Of a stretch of DNA of 64,000 nucleotides, positions 26,641-34,999 are shown piece by piece. The stretch is from Candidatus Multivorans sp. Its GTDB lineage: Bacteria > Acidobacteriota > Thermoanaerobaculia > Multivoradales > Multivoraceae. How positions within the stretch are numbered: position 1 is the stretch's first letter; every line of letters begins with the position of its first letter. The notes beneath the pieces were generated by a model. The model worked only from the letters and a program-made list of their open reading frames with translations. It made no database searches and was not told where the DNA came from. The stretch covers positions 4,192,001-4,256,000 of the forward strand of contig OZ251997.1 in the NCBI GenBank assembly GCA_965247095.1, in the 5' to 3' direction. The position numbers and the translations under genes are program-made.

Positions 26641-27411
26641 ATGAGGACGAGGGTCTACATTGACGGCTTGAACCTGTACTACGGAGCCCTCAAGGGAACG
26701 CCGTTCAAGTGGCTCGACCCCATCAAGCTGAGCATGGCCCTGCTTCCCCCGACGTGTGTCGTGGACAAGGTGCTCTACTTCACCGCCCATGTGTCCGGCG
26801 TCCAAGACCCCGGCGCTCCGGCTCGTCAGCGGGTCTATCTGAACGCGCTTCGCACGCTGCCGCAGGTCGAGGTGCACTTCGGCAGCTTTCTCGCCAAGAC
26901 GCTCTGGCGGCCGCTCGTGAACCTGCCGGTGGCCGGCAGGCGAATCGCTGCACCCAAACCGGTCATGTTGCCAGCGGGCGACCACGCCGTCTCCGGTCCG
27001 AGCCCGCAGACACTGCCCGTGGGTGGCTACCCGGCACGCGGGGCTGGAAAGAAGAAGCGGCCGAAGGCTTCGGCGCCGTTGCCGGATGCGTTGGTTGCCG
27101 AGTTCCACTCCATGGAGGAGAAGGGATCAGACGTCAACCTCGCCTCCCATCTTCTCAACGACGCTTGGAAGGGGCTATTCGACGCAGCAGCCGTGATCTC
27201 CAACGACACCGATCTCGTGACACCGATCCGGATCGTCACCGCTGAACGAGGCAAACCGGTGTTCATCGTGTGTCCGGGCCGGTGGCAGGTCGCGCCGAAG
27301 CTCGGCCAGGCGGCGAGCCACGTACGACATGTTCGTAGGGCGATGCTCAAGGCGGCGCAGTTTCCCAGCACGCTTCCGGGCACCGCAATCACCAAGCCGG
27401 CAGGTTGGTGA
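26641..27411 (+). CDS. NYN domain (PIN-like, LabA/DUF88) ribonuclease
   Basis: VYIDGLNLYYG, EEKGSDVNLA and ISNDTDL acidic catalytic motifs. Confidence 0.88.
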   Translation: MRTRVYIDGLNLYYGALKGTPFKWLDPIKLSMALLPPTCVVDKVLYFTAHVSGVQDPGAPARQRVYLNALRTLPQVEVHFGSFLAKTLWRPLVNLPVAGRRIAAPKPVMLPAGDHAVSGPSPQTLPVGGYPARGAGKKKRPKASAPLPDALVAEFHSMEEKGSDVNLASHLLNDAWKGLFDAAAVISNDTDLVTPIRIVTAERGKPVFIVCPGRWQVAPKLGQAASHVRHVRRAMLKAAQFPSTLPGTAITKPAGW

Positions 27412-27484
27412 ACAGCGGGGTCGGTCGCTTGGTAGTGCCTTCACCACTCGGCCAGATGCACGCGTGAGTGCGAGCGGACGGAAC

Positions 27485-27715
27485 TCAGGACGTTCCCTCC
27501 CATAGCGCCAGTTCGGCCTCCTCCGTCGTTTCATCGAAGTCAGGCAGCGAGTTGACCAGATGGGCCAGCCTGCCGAAGCGGAACTTCTCCGGCCTGACGG
27601 GAACCAGCCTGACCGCGGGCTTGCCCCTGCGGGCGATGATCACGTCGTCGCCGGCTTCGGCGGCGACGATGAGCTTCGACAGTTGCGACTTGGCGTCGTG
27701 GATGTTGACGAGCAT
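27485..27715 (-). CDS. Phd/YefM (prevent-host-death) family antitoxin, no cognate toxin downstream
   Basis: VNIHDAKSQLSKLI...GDDVIIARRGKPAVRLVP. Confidence 0.85.
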   Translation of the reverse strand: MLVNIHDAKSQLSKLIVAAEAGDDVIIARRGKPAVRLVPVRPEKFRFGRLAHLVNSLPDFDETTEEAELALWEGTS

Positions 27716-27725
27716 CTTGGGCTCC

Positions 27726-29963
27726 TCAGCCTATCTGGCTCGTCTGGCTCTGGTCGGAGGATCCATCGGGCGTCTCCTGCGCGGGAACAGGACGTGCGTA
27801 CTTTGAGTATGTGATGGCCTGAGGGCTTTGTCGCAGGACGTGCTTGACTAGGAAGAACCGGTACGAGCGGTAGGCATACACGGTCGTCGCAACGGCGGCG
27901 AACAAGGCTAGCTGGTTCACCCAGATGGCAGGCAGGGCCAGCGTGGGGAACAGGTGCTGAGGGGCGTGAAGTGCCAGCATGACTCCGATCAGAAGCCAAC
28001 CCGCGACGAGCAGCATCGCCTCGGCCTTGAGGCGGCCGTCGTCAACGGCCGCCGTCCGGTATGCGGCCGGAAGACGGCGACGCACCAACAGGGCCACCGC
28101 TACGAATACCGCTCCGATCAGAGCCAAGCGGCCAGGCCAACCCGCCGCGACGACTGAGGATAGGGAGGACCAATCTGGCATGTGGTCTGCTAGTTCGCTG
28201 CTGAGTCCTTTGAACGTGGCGGTACTTTGAGCCGCCCAGATGGCGGGAACAGCAACAACTAGGGCGCCGAACGCCGCTGCTGCCCGGTTTCGGATCGTGC
28301 GGTCGTCGTCACCGCGTGGGCCAGCGTCCGAGAAGGACTCGCACTTCTGCCGCTGTACCTGCCTCCACCAGATGCTGAGGTCGATGAGACGCCGCCCGAA
28401 GTAGCCTAGGAAGGAGAAGACCACCGCGGCCGTGGCCGCGGTCCGCCATCCTTCAGCTTGGAGCGCCAGCGAGAGCGAGCTGTAGGTTCCGAGCAGCACC
28501 AGCAGGGGCACGAAACTATAGAGCCAGAACAGCAGCTTCCAGTACACACGGCGACGGAACCATTGCGGTCGCTCCGAGACGGATTCCTTCTTGCCGTCCA
28601 CGGCCCGATCGAGAATTCGTCGGAACAGACACTGATCCGCCCAGTACTTGCTGTGTGCAACTCCGGGGACGGAGTAGCGGTTGAAGACGACATCCTCCCT
28701 GCACCGGAATACAGCGTTGTAGCCGCACGTCCGTTGCACCACATCGAGCCTGTGCCCGACCGGGTCCAGCTCGTCGCAGTAGTTGAAGTGATCTATCTTC
28801 CGTGGCTTGTGCGACTTGAAGCGACCACTCAGGCTGCCGAAGGCGCTGATGAGGTTGCTAGTCAGCAGGTACCGGTAGTTCGTCCACCAGATCGTCAGGT
28901 ATTTGTCGATGGGGGAGCCCAACGTTACAAAGCTCTGCACACGGTTGATCCAGCGTGTGTCGGGCAAGGTGAAGTTGCAGCCGCCACGGGCGTACCCTGG
29001 GAACTTCCAACTGCGCTTGTGGCCGAGCCGGACGCTCCAGCTTGCGCTGGCGTAGAGCAGCGCATCGAGGCTCATGATGCTGCCCAGGCTGTGAGCGATG
29101 AAGACGTAGCGCGGGTCACGGATCTTGCCCTTCCGCTTGCGCTCCTCTGTGTAGTGCGCGGCTTCGACCCTCGCCATCAGCTCGTGGAAACGGCGAACTG
29201 CCCGACGGCGGCAGCGGCTGTACTCACCGTACAGTTGGACATCTCCGAGGAACTTCACGAAGACGAGTTCCTTCATCTCCTTGAAGCGGAAGTTCATGGC
29301 GAAGCGCACCATGAGCAGAGTGTCGGCGAGGAGGTACAGGATGCGGCGGATCCAGAGCGGTACTTTGGCGTCCTCGGCGGCTTGGATTTCCTTCTGGAAC
29401 TTGGCCCTCTCGGCGGCGTTCTCGGTAGCTTGGCTTTCCTTCTGGGTCCTGGCCCTCTCGGCGGCGGTCTCGGCAGCTTCGTGCTTGCGCAGCAGGCGCC
29501 CCAGCAGACCCTTGGCCCACAGGTCGACGTCTTGTCCGACGTGCTCTACTGAGTCCTGCGTCACGTCGGACCAGCAGAGGTCCACGAACCGCAGGTTCTG
29601 CCCGCAGGTCGCCGGCTCTCCCAGGAACGGCTGATCGGGAGGAGAATCTGGCGAGGCAGGAATGCCGTCGAACTCCATCCAGGGCTGTTCAGTGACCGGG
29701 ACCTTCGACGGCCCCGTCTGCCCACTGGCTCGCCCGAGGGTGAGAACATCCCGCTTGTCGTCCTTCTTGGCGCCACGTCGTGCTTCGGCAAAGCGGTTGA
29801 CGACGTTGATCGCACACTCGTTCTTGCGCTGCTCCCCTATGCCGTGAACCACGACAACGTAGGTCACGGAGTCGGCCGGCGATTCAGCGCGCTTCTCGCC
29901 CATGGACTTACTCATGATGCCGGGTCCGCTGGAAGGGATGTCCGCCGCCGCCGCTTCAGTCAC
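27726..29963 (-). CDS. Hypothetical alpha/beta-hydrolase-like protein with C-terminal transmembrane helices (true start may be 29915 or 29903)
   Basis: VVHGIGEQ, IAHSLGS nucleophile elbow, FVTLGSP; about 6 hydrophobic segments. Confidence 0.65.
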   Translation of the reverse strand: MTEAAAADIPSSGPGIMSKSMGEKRAESPADSVTYVVVVHGIGEQRKNECAINVVNRFAEARRGAKKDDKRDVLTLGRASGQTGPSKVPVTEQPWMEFDGIPASPDSPPDQPFLGEPATCGQNLRFVDLCWSDVTQDSVEHVGQDVDLWAKGLLGRLLRKHEAAETAAERARTQKESQATENAAERAKFQKEIQAAEDAKVPLWIRRILYLLADTLLMVRFAMNFRFKEMKELVFVKFLGDVQLYGEYSRCRRRAVRRFHELMARVEAAHYTEERKRKGKIRDPRYVFIAHSLGSIMSLDALLYASASWSVRLGHKRSWKFPGYARGGCNFTLPDTRWINRVQSFVTLGSPIDKYLTIWWTNYRYLLTSNLISAFGSLSGRFKSHKPRKIDHFNYCDELDPVGHRLDVVQRTCGYNAVFRCREDVVFNRYSVPGVAHSKYWADQCLFRRILDRAVDGKKESVSERPQWFRRRVYWKLLFWLYSFVPLLVLLGTYSSLSLALQAEGWRTAATAAVVFSFLGYFGRRLIDLSIWWRQVQRQKCESFSDAGPRGDDDRTIRNRAAAAFGALVVAVPAIWAAQSTATFKGLSSELADHMPDWSSLSSVVAAGWPGRLALIGAVFVAVALLVRRRLPAAYRTAAVDDGRLKAEAMLLVAGWLLIGVMLALHAPQHLFPTLALPAIWVNQLALFAAVATTVYAYRSYRFFLVKHVLRQSPQAITYSKYARPVPAQETPDGSSDQSQTSQIG

Positions 29964-30906
29964 CTGTGGACTGGCTCTTCCGGAGCAGCCGGCGGACCGC
30001 CTCGTCGTCGATCTTGTCGAGGTCGTCCTGGTACTTGAGGAGCACGCCCAGGGTGTCGCGGAGGATGCCGTCGGAGAGCGTTTCCTGGTCGAGGGCGATC
30101 AGGGCGTTCGTCCAGTCCAGGGTCTCGGCGACGCCGGGTTGCTTGAACAGGTCCTCCTCGCGCAGCGCCTGCACCAGGCGGACGATCTCGGCGGCGAAGT
30201 GCTTGGGCGCTTCGGGCACGCGCCGGAGCACGATCTGCACTTCCTTCTCGTAGTCGGGAAAGTCGATCCAGTGGTAGAGGCAGCGGCGCTTGAGCGCGTC
30301 GTGGACCTCGCGGGTGCGGTTCGAGGTCACCACCGCAACCGGCGGCGTTTCGGCGGCGATGGTGCCGATCTCGGGAATCGTGATCTGGAAGTCGGCCAGG
30401 ATCTCGAGCAGGTAGGCCTCGAACTCCTCGTCGGCCCGGTCGAGTTCGTCGATCAGAAGGACCGGCGGGGCCTCGCCTCTGCGGCCGGAACGGACCGCGC
30501 GCAGCAGGGGCCGCTCGAGCAGGAATTCGGAGGAGAACACGTCGTCGACGGCGGCCCGGCCGTCGCCTCCTCCGGCTGCCTCCACGCCGCGCAGGTGGAG
30601 CAACTGCCGGCGGTAGTTCCACTCGTAGACGGCGGTCGAAACGTCGAGCCCCTCGTAGCACTGGAGCCGGATCAGCTCGGAGCCCAGGCAGCGCGAGAGG
30701 GCCTTGGCGACCTCCGTCTTGCCGACGCCGGGTTCGCCCTCCAGGAAGATCGGCTTGCCCATGCGCAGCGACAGGTAGATCGCGGTGGCGAGGCTGCGGT
30801 CGGCGATGTAGTCCTCGGCGCGCAGGGCAGAGACGACGGCGTCGACGTCCGGGAAGCCGCGGTGGGTGGGGGGGTCGGGGCGCTGGAAACCAGGCGAAAC
30901 CGTCAT
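29956..30906 (-). CDS. coxD: MoxR-family AAA+ ATPase, CoxD-like
   Basis: GEPGVGKT Walker A, LQCYEGLD, LLIDELDR and TSNRTREVHDALKRRC motifs. Confidence 0.9.
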   Translation of the reverse strand: MTVSPGFQRPDPPTHRGFPDVDAVVSALRAEDYIADRSLATAIYLSLRMGKPIFLEGEPGVGKTEVAKALSRCLGSELIRLQCYEGLDVSTAVYEWNYRRQLLHLRGVEAAGGGDGRAAVDDVFSSEFLLERPLLRAVRSGRRGEAPPVLLIDELDRADEEFEAYLLEILADFQITIPEIGTIAAETPPVAVVTSNRTREVHDALKRRCLYHWIDFPDYEKEVQIVLRRVPEAPKHFAAEIVRLVQALREEDLFKQPGVAETLDWTNALIALDQETLSDGILRDTLGVLLKYQDDLDKIDDEAVRRLLRKSQSTGD

Positions 30907-30919
30907 TCGCGGATTGCCG

Positions 30920-32407
30920 TCAGAGATCGAGGATCGCGTCGATGTCGCGTGGAAGCGGACGCGGTTTCGACAGCAGTGAGATGCCGAAGAACAGGGTCAG
31001 CGACAGCAGCAGCGAGATGGCGCCGCCGTGGATGCCGTGGGGCACCTGGATCTTGAAGATCTCGATGGAGAAGTTCACGGCGAGGCTGGAGATGATCGCA
31101 ACGTTCGCCGCCAGCGCCGTCGCGCGTTTCCAGTTGAAGCCGATCGCCACGGTCGGCACCAGCGCGGCGGCGAATGTCCCCCAGCCGAAGGTGCCCAGCA
31201 GCGCGACCAGGTCCTCCTTCGAGAAGCGCACGAAGAGCGCCGCGCCGACCGCTATGCCGAGAGTCGCCGTGCGAGCCCAGAACAGCTCCTTTTTCAACGG
31301 CTTGCCGAAGAGCGCCTTGGGAATGTCGTGGATGATCGCGGCGGCGCCGATGTTCAGGAACCCGTCGGCGGTCGACATGATGGCCGCGAACAGTCCCGCG
31401 AACACGACGCCCGCGAGGACCGGGTGGGCATACGCCTGCAGGAAGGCGTATGCCGCGTCGTCGGGCTGGCCGAGTTCGGTGTGGTCGCCGGCCACGACCA
31501 GGGCCCGCATCGCGAAGCCGATGGCGATCCACAAGAGCGCCGCGAAGAAGCCGGCGATAGCGCTGACCATGAAGATCTGCTTGAAGTCGCGAATCCGCTT
31601 GTTCATCATCAGCTTGGTGATGACGTGCGGCTGACCGCAGGCGCCCGCCACGAAGAGGAAGTAGTAGGACAGCGCTCCCATGATGCCCAGGGTGCCCCAC
31701 GGTCCGATCGCCTCCGGATCGTCGTTCACGAGCGTCATGGCGCCGCCGGCGATGCCGCCGTCGACCGCCTGGATCGCCGCGATGACCACCAGCACCCCCG
31801 CGACCGCCATCACACCGCCCTGGACGACGTCGGTGTACACGCCCGCGATGATGCCGCCGGTCACGCAGTAGAAGACGAGGACGGCGACGGAGATCGCCAT
31901 CGACATGCCCAGTGTGACCTCGGGAATGCCGTCGACGCTGTTCAGGATCTCCTGCAGCACCACCGCCATCGCCATGATCTGCGCCGCCAGGTAACCCACG
32001 ACGCCGAGGATGATCGCCACCGCGGTCAGGAACCGGGTGGTCTCGCTCTGGTAGCGGAGCGCCACGGTGTCCGGCAGCGACACGGTCTGGTACACCTCGG
32101 AGAAGATGCGCAGCCGCTTTGCCACCAGGAAGAAGGTGAAGCAGGCCGCCACCGTGCCGCAGACGATCATCCACACCGAACTCATGCCCTGGCTGTAGAC
32201 GAGACCGGGGCCGCCGACGAAGCCGAAACCGGAGAGCGTGCTCGAGAAGAGCGCGAACGCCGTGACGATGACGCCGAGTTCGCGGCCGGCCATGAAGAAG
32301 TCCTGGGACGACTTCGTGCGCCGCATCGCCCAGATGCCGACGCCGATGCACAGCGCAAAGTAGATGACGAGGCAGGTCAGGATGACGGCGTTGCGGCTCT
32401 CTTCCAT
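30920..32407 (-). CDS. Sodium:solute symporter family protein (PutP-like)
   Basis: DFFMAGRELG, SGFGFVGGPG, YTDVVQG, GQPHV and AAIMSTAD motifs; about 13 TM segments. Confidence 0.9.
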   Translation of the reverse strand: MEESRNAVILTCLVIYFALCIGVGIWAMRRTKSSQDFFMAGRELGVIVTAFALFSSTLSGFGFVGGPGLVYSQGMSSVWMIVCGTVAACFTFFLVAKRLRIFSEVYQTVSLPDTVALRYQSETTRFLTAVAIILGVVGYLAAQIMAMAVVLQEILNSVDGIPEVTLGMSMAISVAVLVFYCVTGGIIAGVYTDVVQGGVMAVAGVLVVIAAIQAVDGGIAGGAMTLVNDDPEAIGPWGTLGIMGALSYYFLFVAGACGQPHVITKLMMNKRIRDFKQIFMVSAIAGFFAALLWIAIGFAMRALVVAGDHTELGQPDDAAYAFLQAYAHPVLAGVVFAGLFAAIMSTADGFLNIGAAAIIHDIPKALFGKPLKKELFWARTATLGIAVGAALFVRFSKEDLVALLGTFGWGTFAAALVPTVAIGFNWKRATALAANVAIISSLAVNFSIEIFKIQVPHGIHGGAISLLLSLTLFFGISLLSKPRPLPRDIDAILDL

Positions 32408-33045
32408 CAGTCGCCTCCCGCCCGTGCCGTGTCGCCGCCGCCGGCTTCAAGCTCCTTCCGGCCCTCTCTCTCCTTCAGGCTTTGCGCCGCGGCGAGTTCC
32501 GCGACCTTGCGTTCGTCCTCTTCGGTGAAGAACCAGCGGTCGAAGATTCGCATGTAGACGACCATGAGGAACACCGGGAACGGCCACACCGCGTAGAACA
32601 CCCACGCCGTGGGCCTGGGGAAGCCCAGGAACAGGGTGTGCGTGTCCTCGGTGGCGTAGCGCTGGTACGAGAACACGAGCGCGGTGAAGATCGCGGCCAG
32701 GACCAGGGTGAAGACGATCAGCGGCCGCTTGGCCGGCCCCAGGGACGCGCCCTCGGGGCGGCGCCGCTCCATGCCCATCGCCAGGCAGCCGCCGAAGAAG
32801 AGGACCTGGAAGATCACGAACACCCAGCCGATCCACAGCGTTCTCGCGTGGCGCTCGGCGCCTGCCCCACCCTGGCGCATCGTCGCGAAGCGGTCGTGCT
32901 CGAAGCCGCGGCTCTTGATCACCCGCTCCGTGGTGCCGTCCTCCAGGACCACGTCTTCATACGGCGTCTGCGGCGTCAGGAACGCCGCGCCCACGGTGAG
33001 GCACATGCCGATCAGAGCGAAGAAGACGAACCAGTGCAGCTTCAT
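32407..33045 (-). CDS. Membrane protein coupled to the symporter
   Basis: About 4 hydrophobic segments; TGATG overlap with the symporter start. Confidence 0.7.
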   Translation of the reverse strand: MKLHWFVFFALIGMCLTVGAAFLTPQTPYEDVVLEDGTTERVIKSRGFEHDRFATMRQGGAGAERHARTLWIGWVFVIFQVLFFGGCLAMGMERRRPEGASLGPAKRPLIVFTLVLAAIFTALVFSYQRYATEDTHTLFLGFPRPTAWVFYAVWPFPVFLMVVYMRIFDRWFFTEEDERKVAELAAAQSLKEREGRKELEAGGGDTARAGGD

Positions 33046-33133
33046 GGATTGAGTTCCGGGAGCGGGGAGAGCAGCGGCAGCCTACCGCAGCCGCCATGCG
33101 ATCGGGGGGAGCGCGTTGCTATGGTCCCCCGCC

Positions 33134-34999
33134 ATGGACGGTGAGTCGGGAGGAATCCAGAAACCGCTCGCCCGCCTGTTCGCGTACATGCGCCTGGCGC
33201 CCGGCGCCTACGTCCTGGGCGGGGTTCTCACCCTCCTGTACGTCGCCTTCTTCCAGCTCATTCCGCTGGCGATTCGGAGCATCGTCGCCGCGCTCGAAGG
33301 TCCCGATCCCAGAGAGCTGATCCAGCGTCCGTTGCTGTACCTCGTGCTGGCCGCGTTCGGCCTGGCCACAACAAGGCTGTTCTCGCGGATCGTGATGTTC
33401 AACATCGGCCGCGAGATCGAGTACCGCATCCGCAACGACTACTTCGCCCACCTGCAGAGCCTGCCGCAGTCGTTCTACCTGGCGCATCGCACCGGCGATC
33501 TGATGTCGCGGGCCGTGAACGACATCAACAGCATCCGCATGTTTCTGGGGATGGGGCTCCTGAACCTGCTGCAGACGCCGGTGCTGTTCCTGGGCGGCCT
33601 GGTGGTCATGTTGCGCGTGGACGCTGCGCTGACCCTCTGGGCCATGGCGCCTTTCCCGCTCTTCGTGCTTGTTACACGGCACTACAGCCGGTACATGTTC
33701 CAGGCCAACCTGGCCGGCCAGGAGCAGCTCGGCAAGGTCTCGACCGTGGTGCAGGAGAACGCCTCGGGCGCTCTGGTGGTCAAGGCCTACGACCTGCCGG
33801 ACCTGGAGCGCGACCGCTTCGACGACCAGAACCAGGAGCTGTTCCGGCGCATGATGAAGGTCGGCGTCATGCAGACGACGATGTTCGCGTCCGTGAGTCT
33901 GGTGCCGTCCATCTCGGCTGCCCTGGTGCTGTGGCTGGGGGGCCAGAGGGTGCAGGCGGGCCTGCTCGGCATCGAGGATCTGTGGCTGTTCTGGGGCTAC
34001 ATCTTGATGCTGACCTTCCCGACCATGATGCTGGGGTTCGTCGTTTCGATCACCCAGCGCGGGCTCGCGGGGCTCGAGCGGTTGGGGACGGTGCTGGACA
34101 TCGTGCCCTCGATCCGCGACCGGGAGGATGTCGCGGAGGTCTCGGAGGTGGCCGGCCGGGTCGAGTTCCGCGACCTGACCTTCACCTATCCGGGCAGCTA
34201 CCTGCCGGCGCTCAGGGGGATCGACCTCGTCGTCGAAGCCGGCAGCACGGTCGGCATCGTGGGGCCGGTGGGGTCGGGCAAGACGACCCTGGTCAGCCTG
34301 GTGCCGCGGCTGCTGGAGGTCGACGATGGCGCGATCCTGATCGACGGCGTCGACCTCAACCGGATGCCGGTCCAGGTGCTGCGTTCGAGCATTGCCATGG
34401 TGCCGCAGGACAGCTTCCTGTTCTCCATCTCGGTGGCCGAGAACATCCGCTTCGGCGTTCCCGATGTCGATCTCGATGAGGTGCACCGGGCCGCGGCGCG
34501 GGCCCAGGTCGAGCGGGAGATCGAAGAGTTCGAGGACGGCTTCGAGACCGTCGTCGGCGAACGCGGCGTCACCCTCTCGGGCGGTCAGCGCCAGCGGGTC
34601 GCCCTGGCGCGGGCGATGATCCTGCGCCCCTCGATTCTCATCCTCGACGATTCGCTGTCGAGCGTCGACCACGGCACCGAGGAGGCGATCCTGGGCGACA
34701 TCGAGGGGAAGCGGCGCGGCCGCACCTGCTTCATCGTCGCGCACCGCATCTCGGCGGTGCGGAACGCCGATCAGATCGTCGTGCTCGAGAACGGCCGCAT
34801 CACGGAACGGGGGACGCACCGGGAACTGGTGGAGCTGGGCGGCTTCTACGCCCGCCTGCACCGTCGCCAGGAACTGCTGTCCGAGCTTGAACCCGGTTGG
34901 CGCGATCCCGCGCCAACCGCGAACCAGTCCGAGCGCCCGTCATCGGGCGCGCGGATGGCGCTCGGGGATGGCGGCGGCGTCGCTGGAGAGTCGAAGTGA
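33134..34999 (+). CDS. ABC exporter, permease-ATPase subunit 1 (MdlA-like)
   Basis: TM domain, GPVGSGKT, LSGGQRQR and ILDDSLS motifs. Confidence 0.93.
   Translation: MDGESGGIQKPLARLFAYMRLAPGAYVLGGVLTLLYVAFFQLIPLAIRSIVAALEGPDPRELIQRPLLYLVLAAFGLATTRLFSRIVMFNIGREIEYRIRNDYFAHLQSLPQSFYLAHRTGDLMSRAVNDINSIRMFLGMGLLNLLQTPVLFLGGLVVMLRVDAALTLWAMAPFPLFVLVTRHYSRYMFQANLAGQEQLGKVSTVVQENASGALVVKAYDLPDLERDRFDDQNQELFRRMMKVGVMQTTMFASVSLVPSISAALVLWLGGQRVQAGLLGIEDLWLFWGYILMLTFPTMMLGFVVSITQRGLAGLERLGTVLDIVPSIRDREDVAEVSEVAGRVEFRDLTFTYPGSYLPALRGIDLVVEAGSTVGIVGPVGSGKTTLVSLVPRLLEVDDGAILIDGVDLNRMPVQVLRSSIAMVPQDSFLFSISVAENIRFGVPDVDLDEVHRAAARAQVEREIEEFEDGFETVVGERGVTLSGGQRQRVALARAMILRPSILILDDSLSSVDHGTEEAILGDIEGKRRGRTCFIVAHRISAVRNADQIVVLENGRITERGTHRELVELGGFYARLHRRQELLSELEPGWRDPAPTANQSERPSSGARMALGDGGGVAGESK
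34889..34964 (+). repeat. Double-hairpin repeat, family 2, copy b (in-frame in the ABC subunit 1 C-terminus)
   Basis: gaacccggttggcgcgatcccgcgccaaccgcgaaccagtccgagcgcccgtcatcgggcgcgcggatggcgctcg. Confidence 0.8.
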
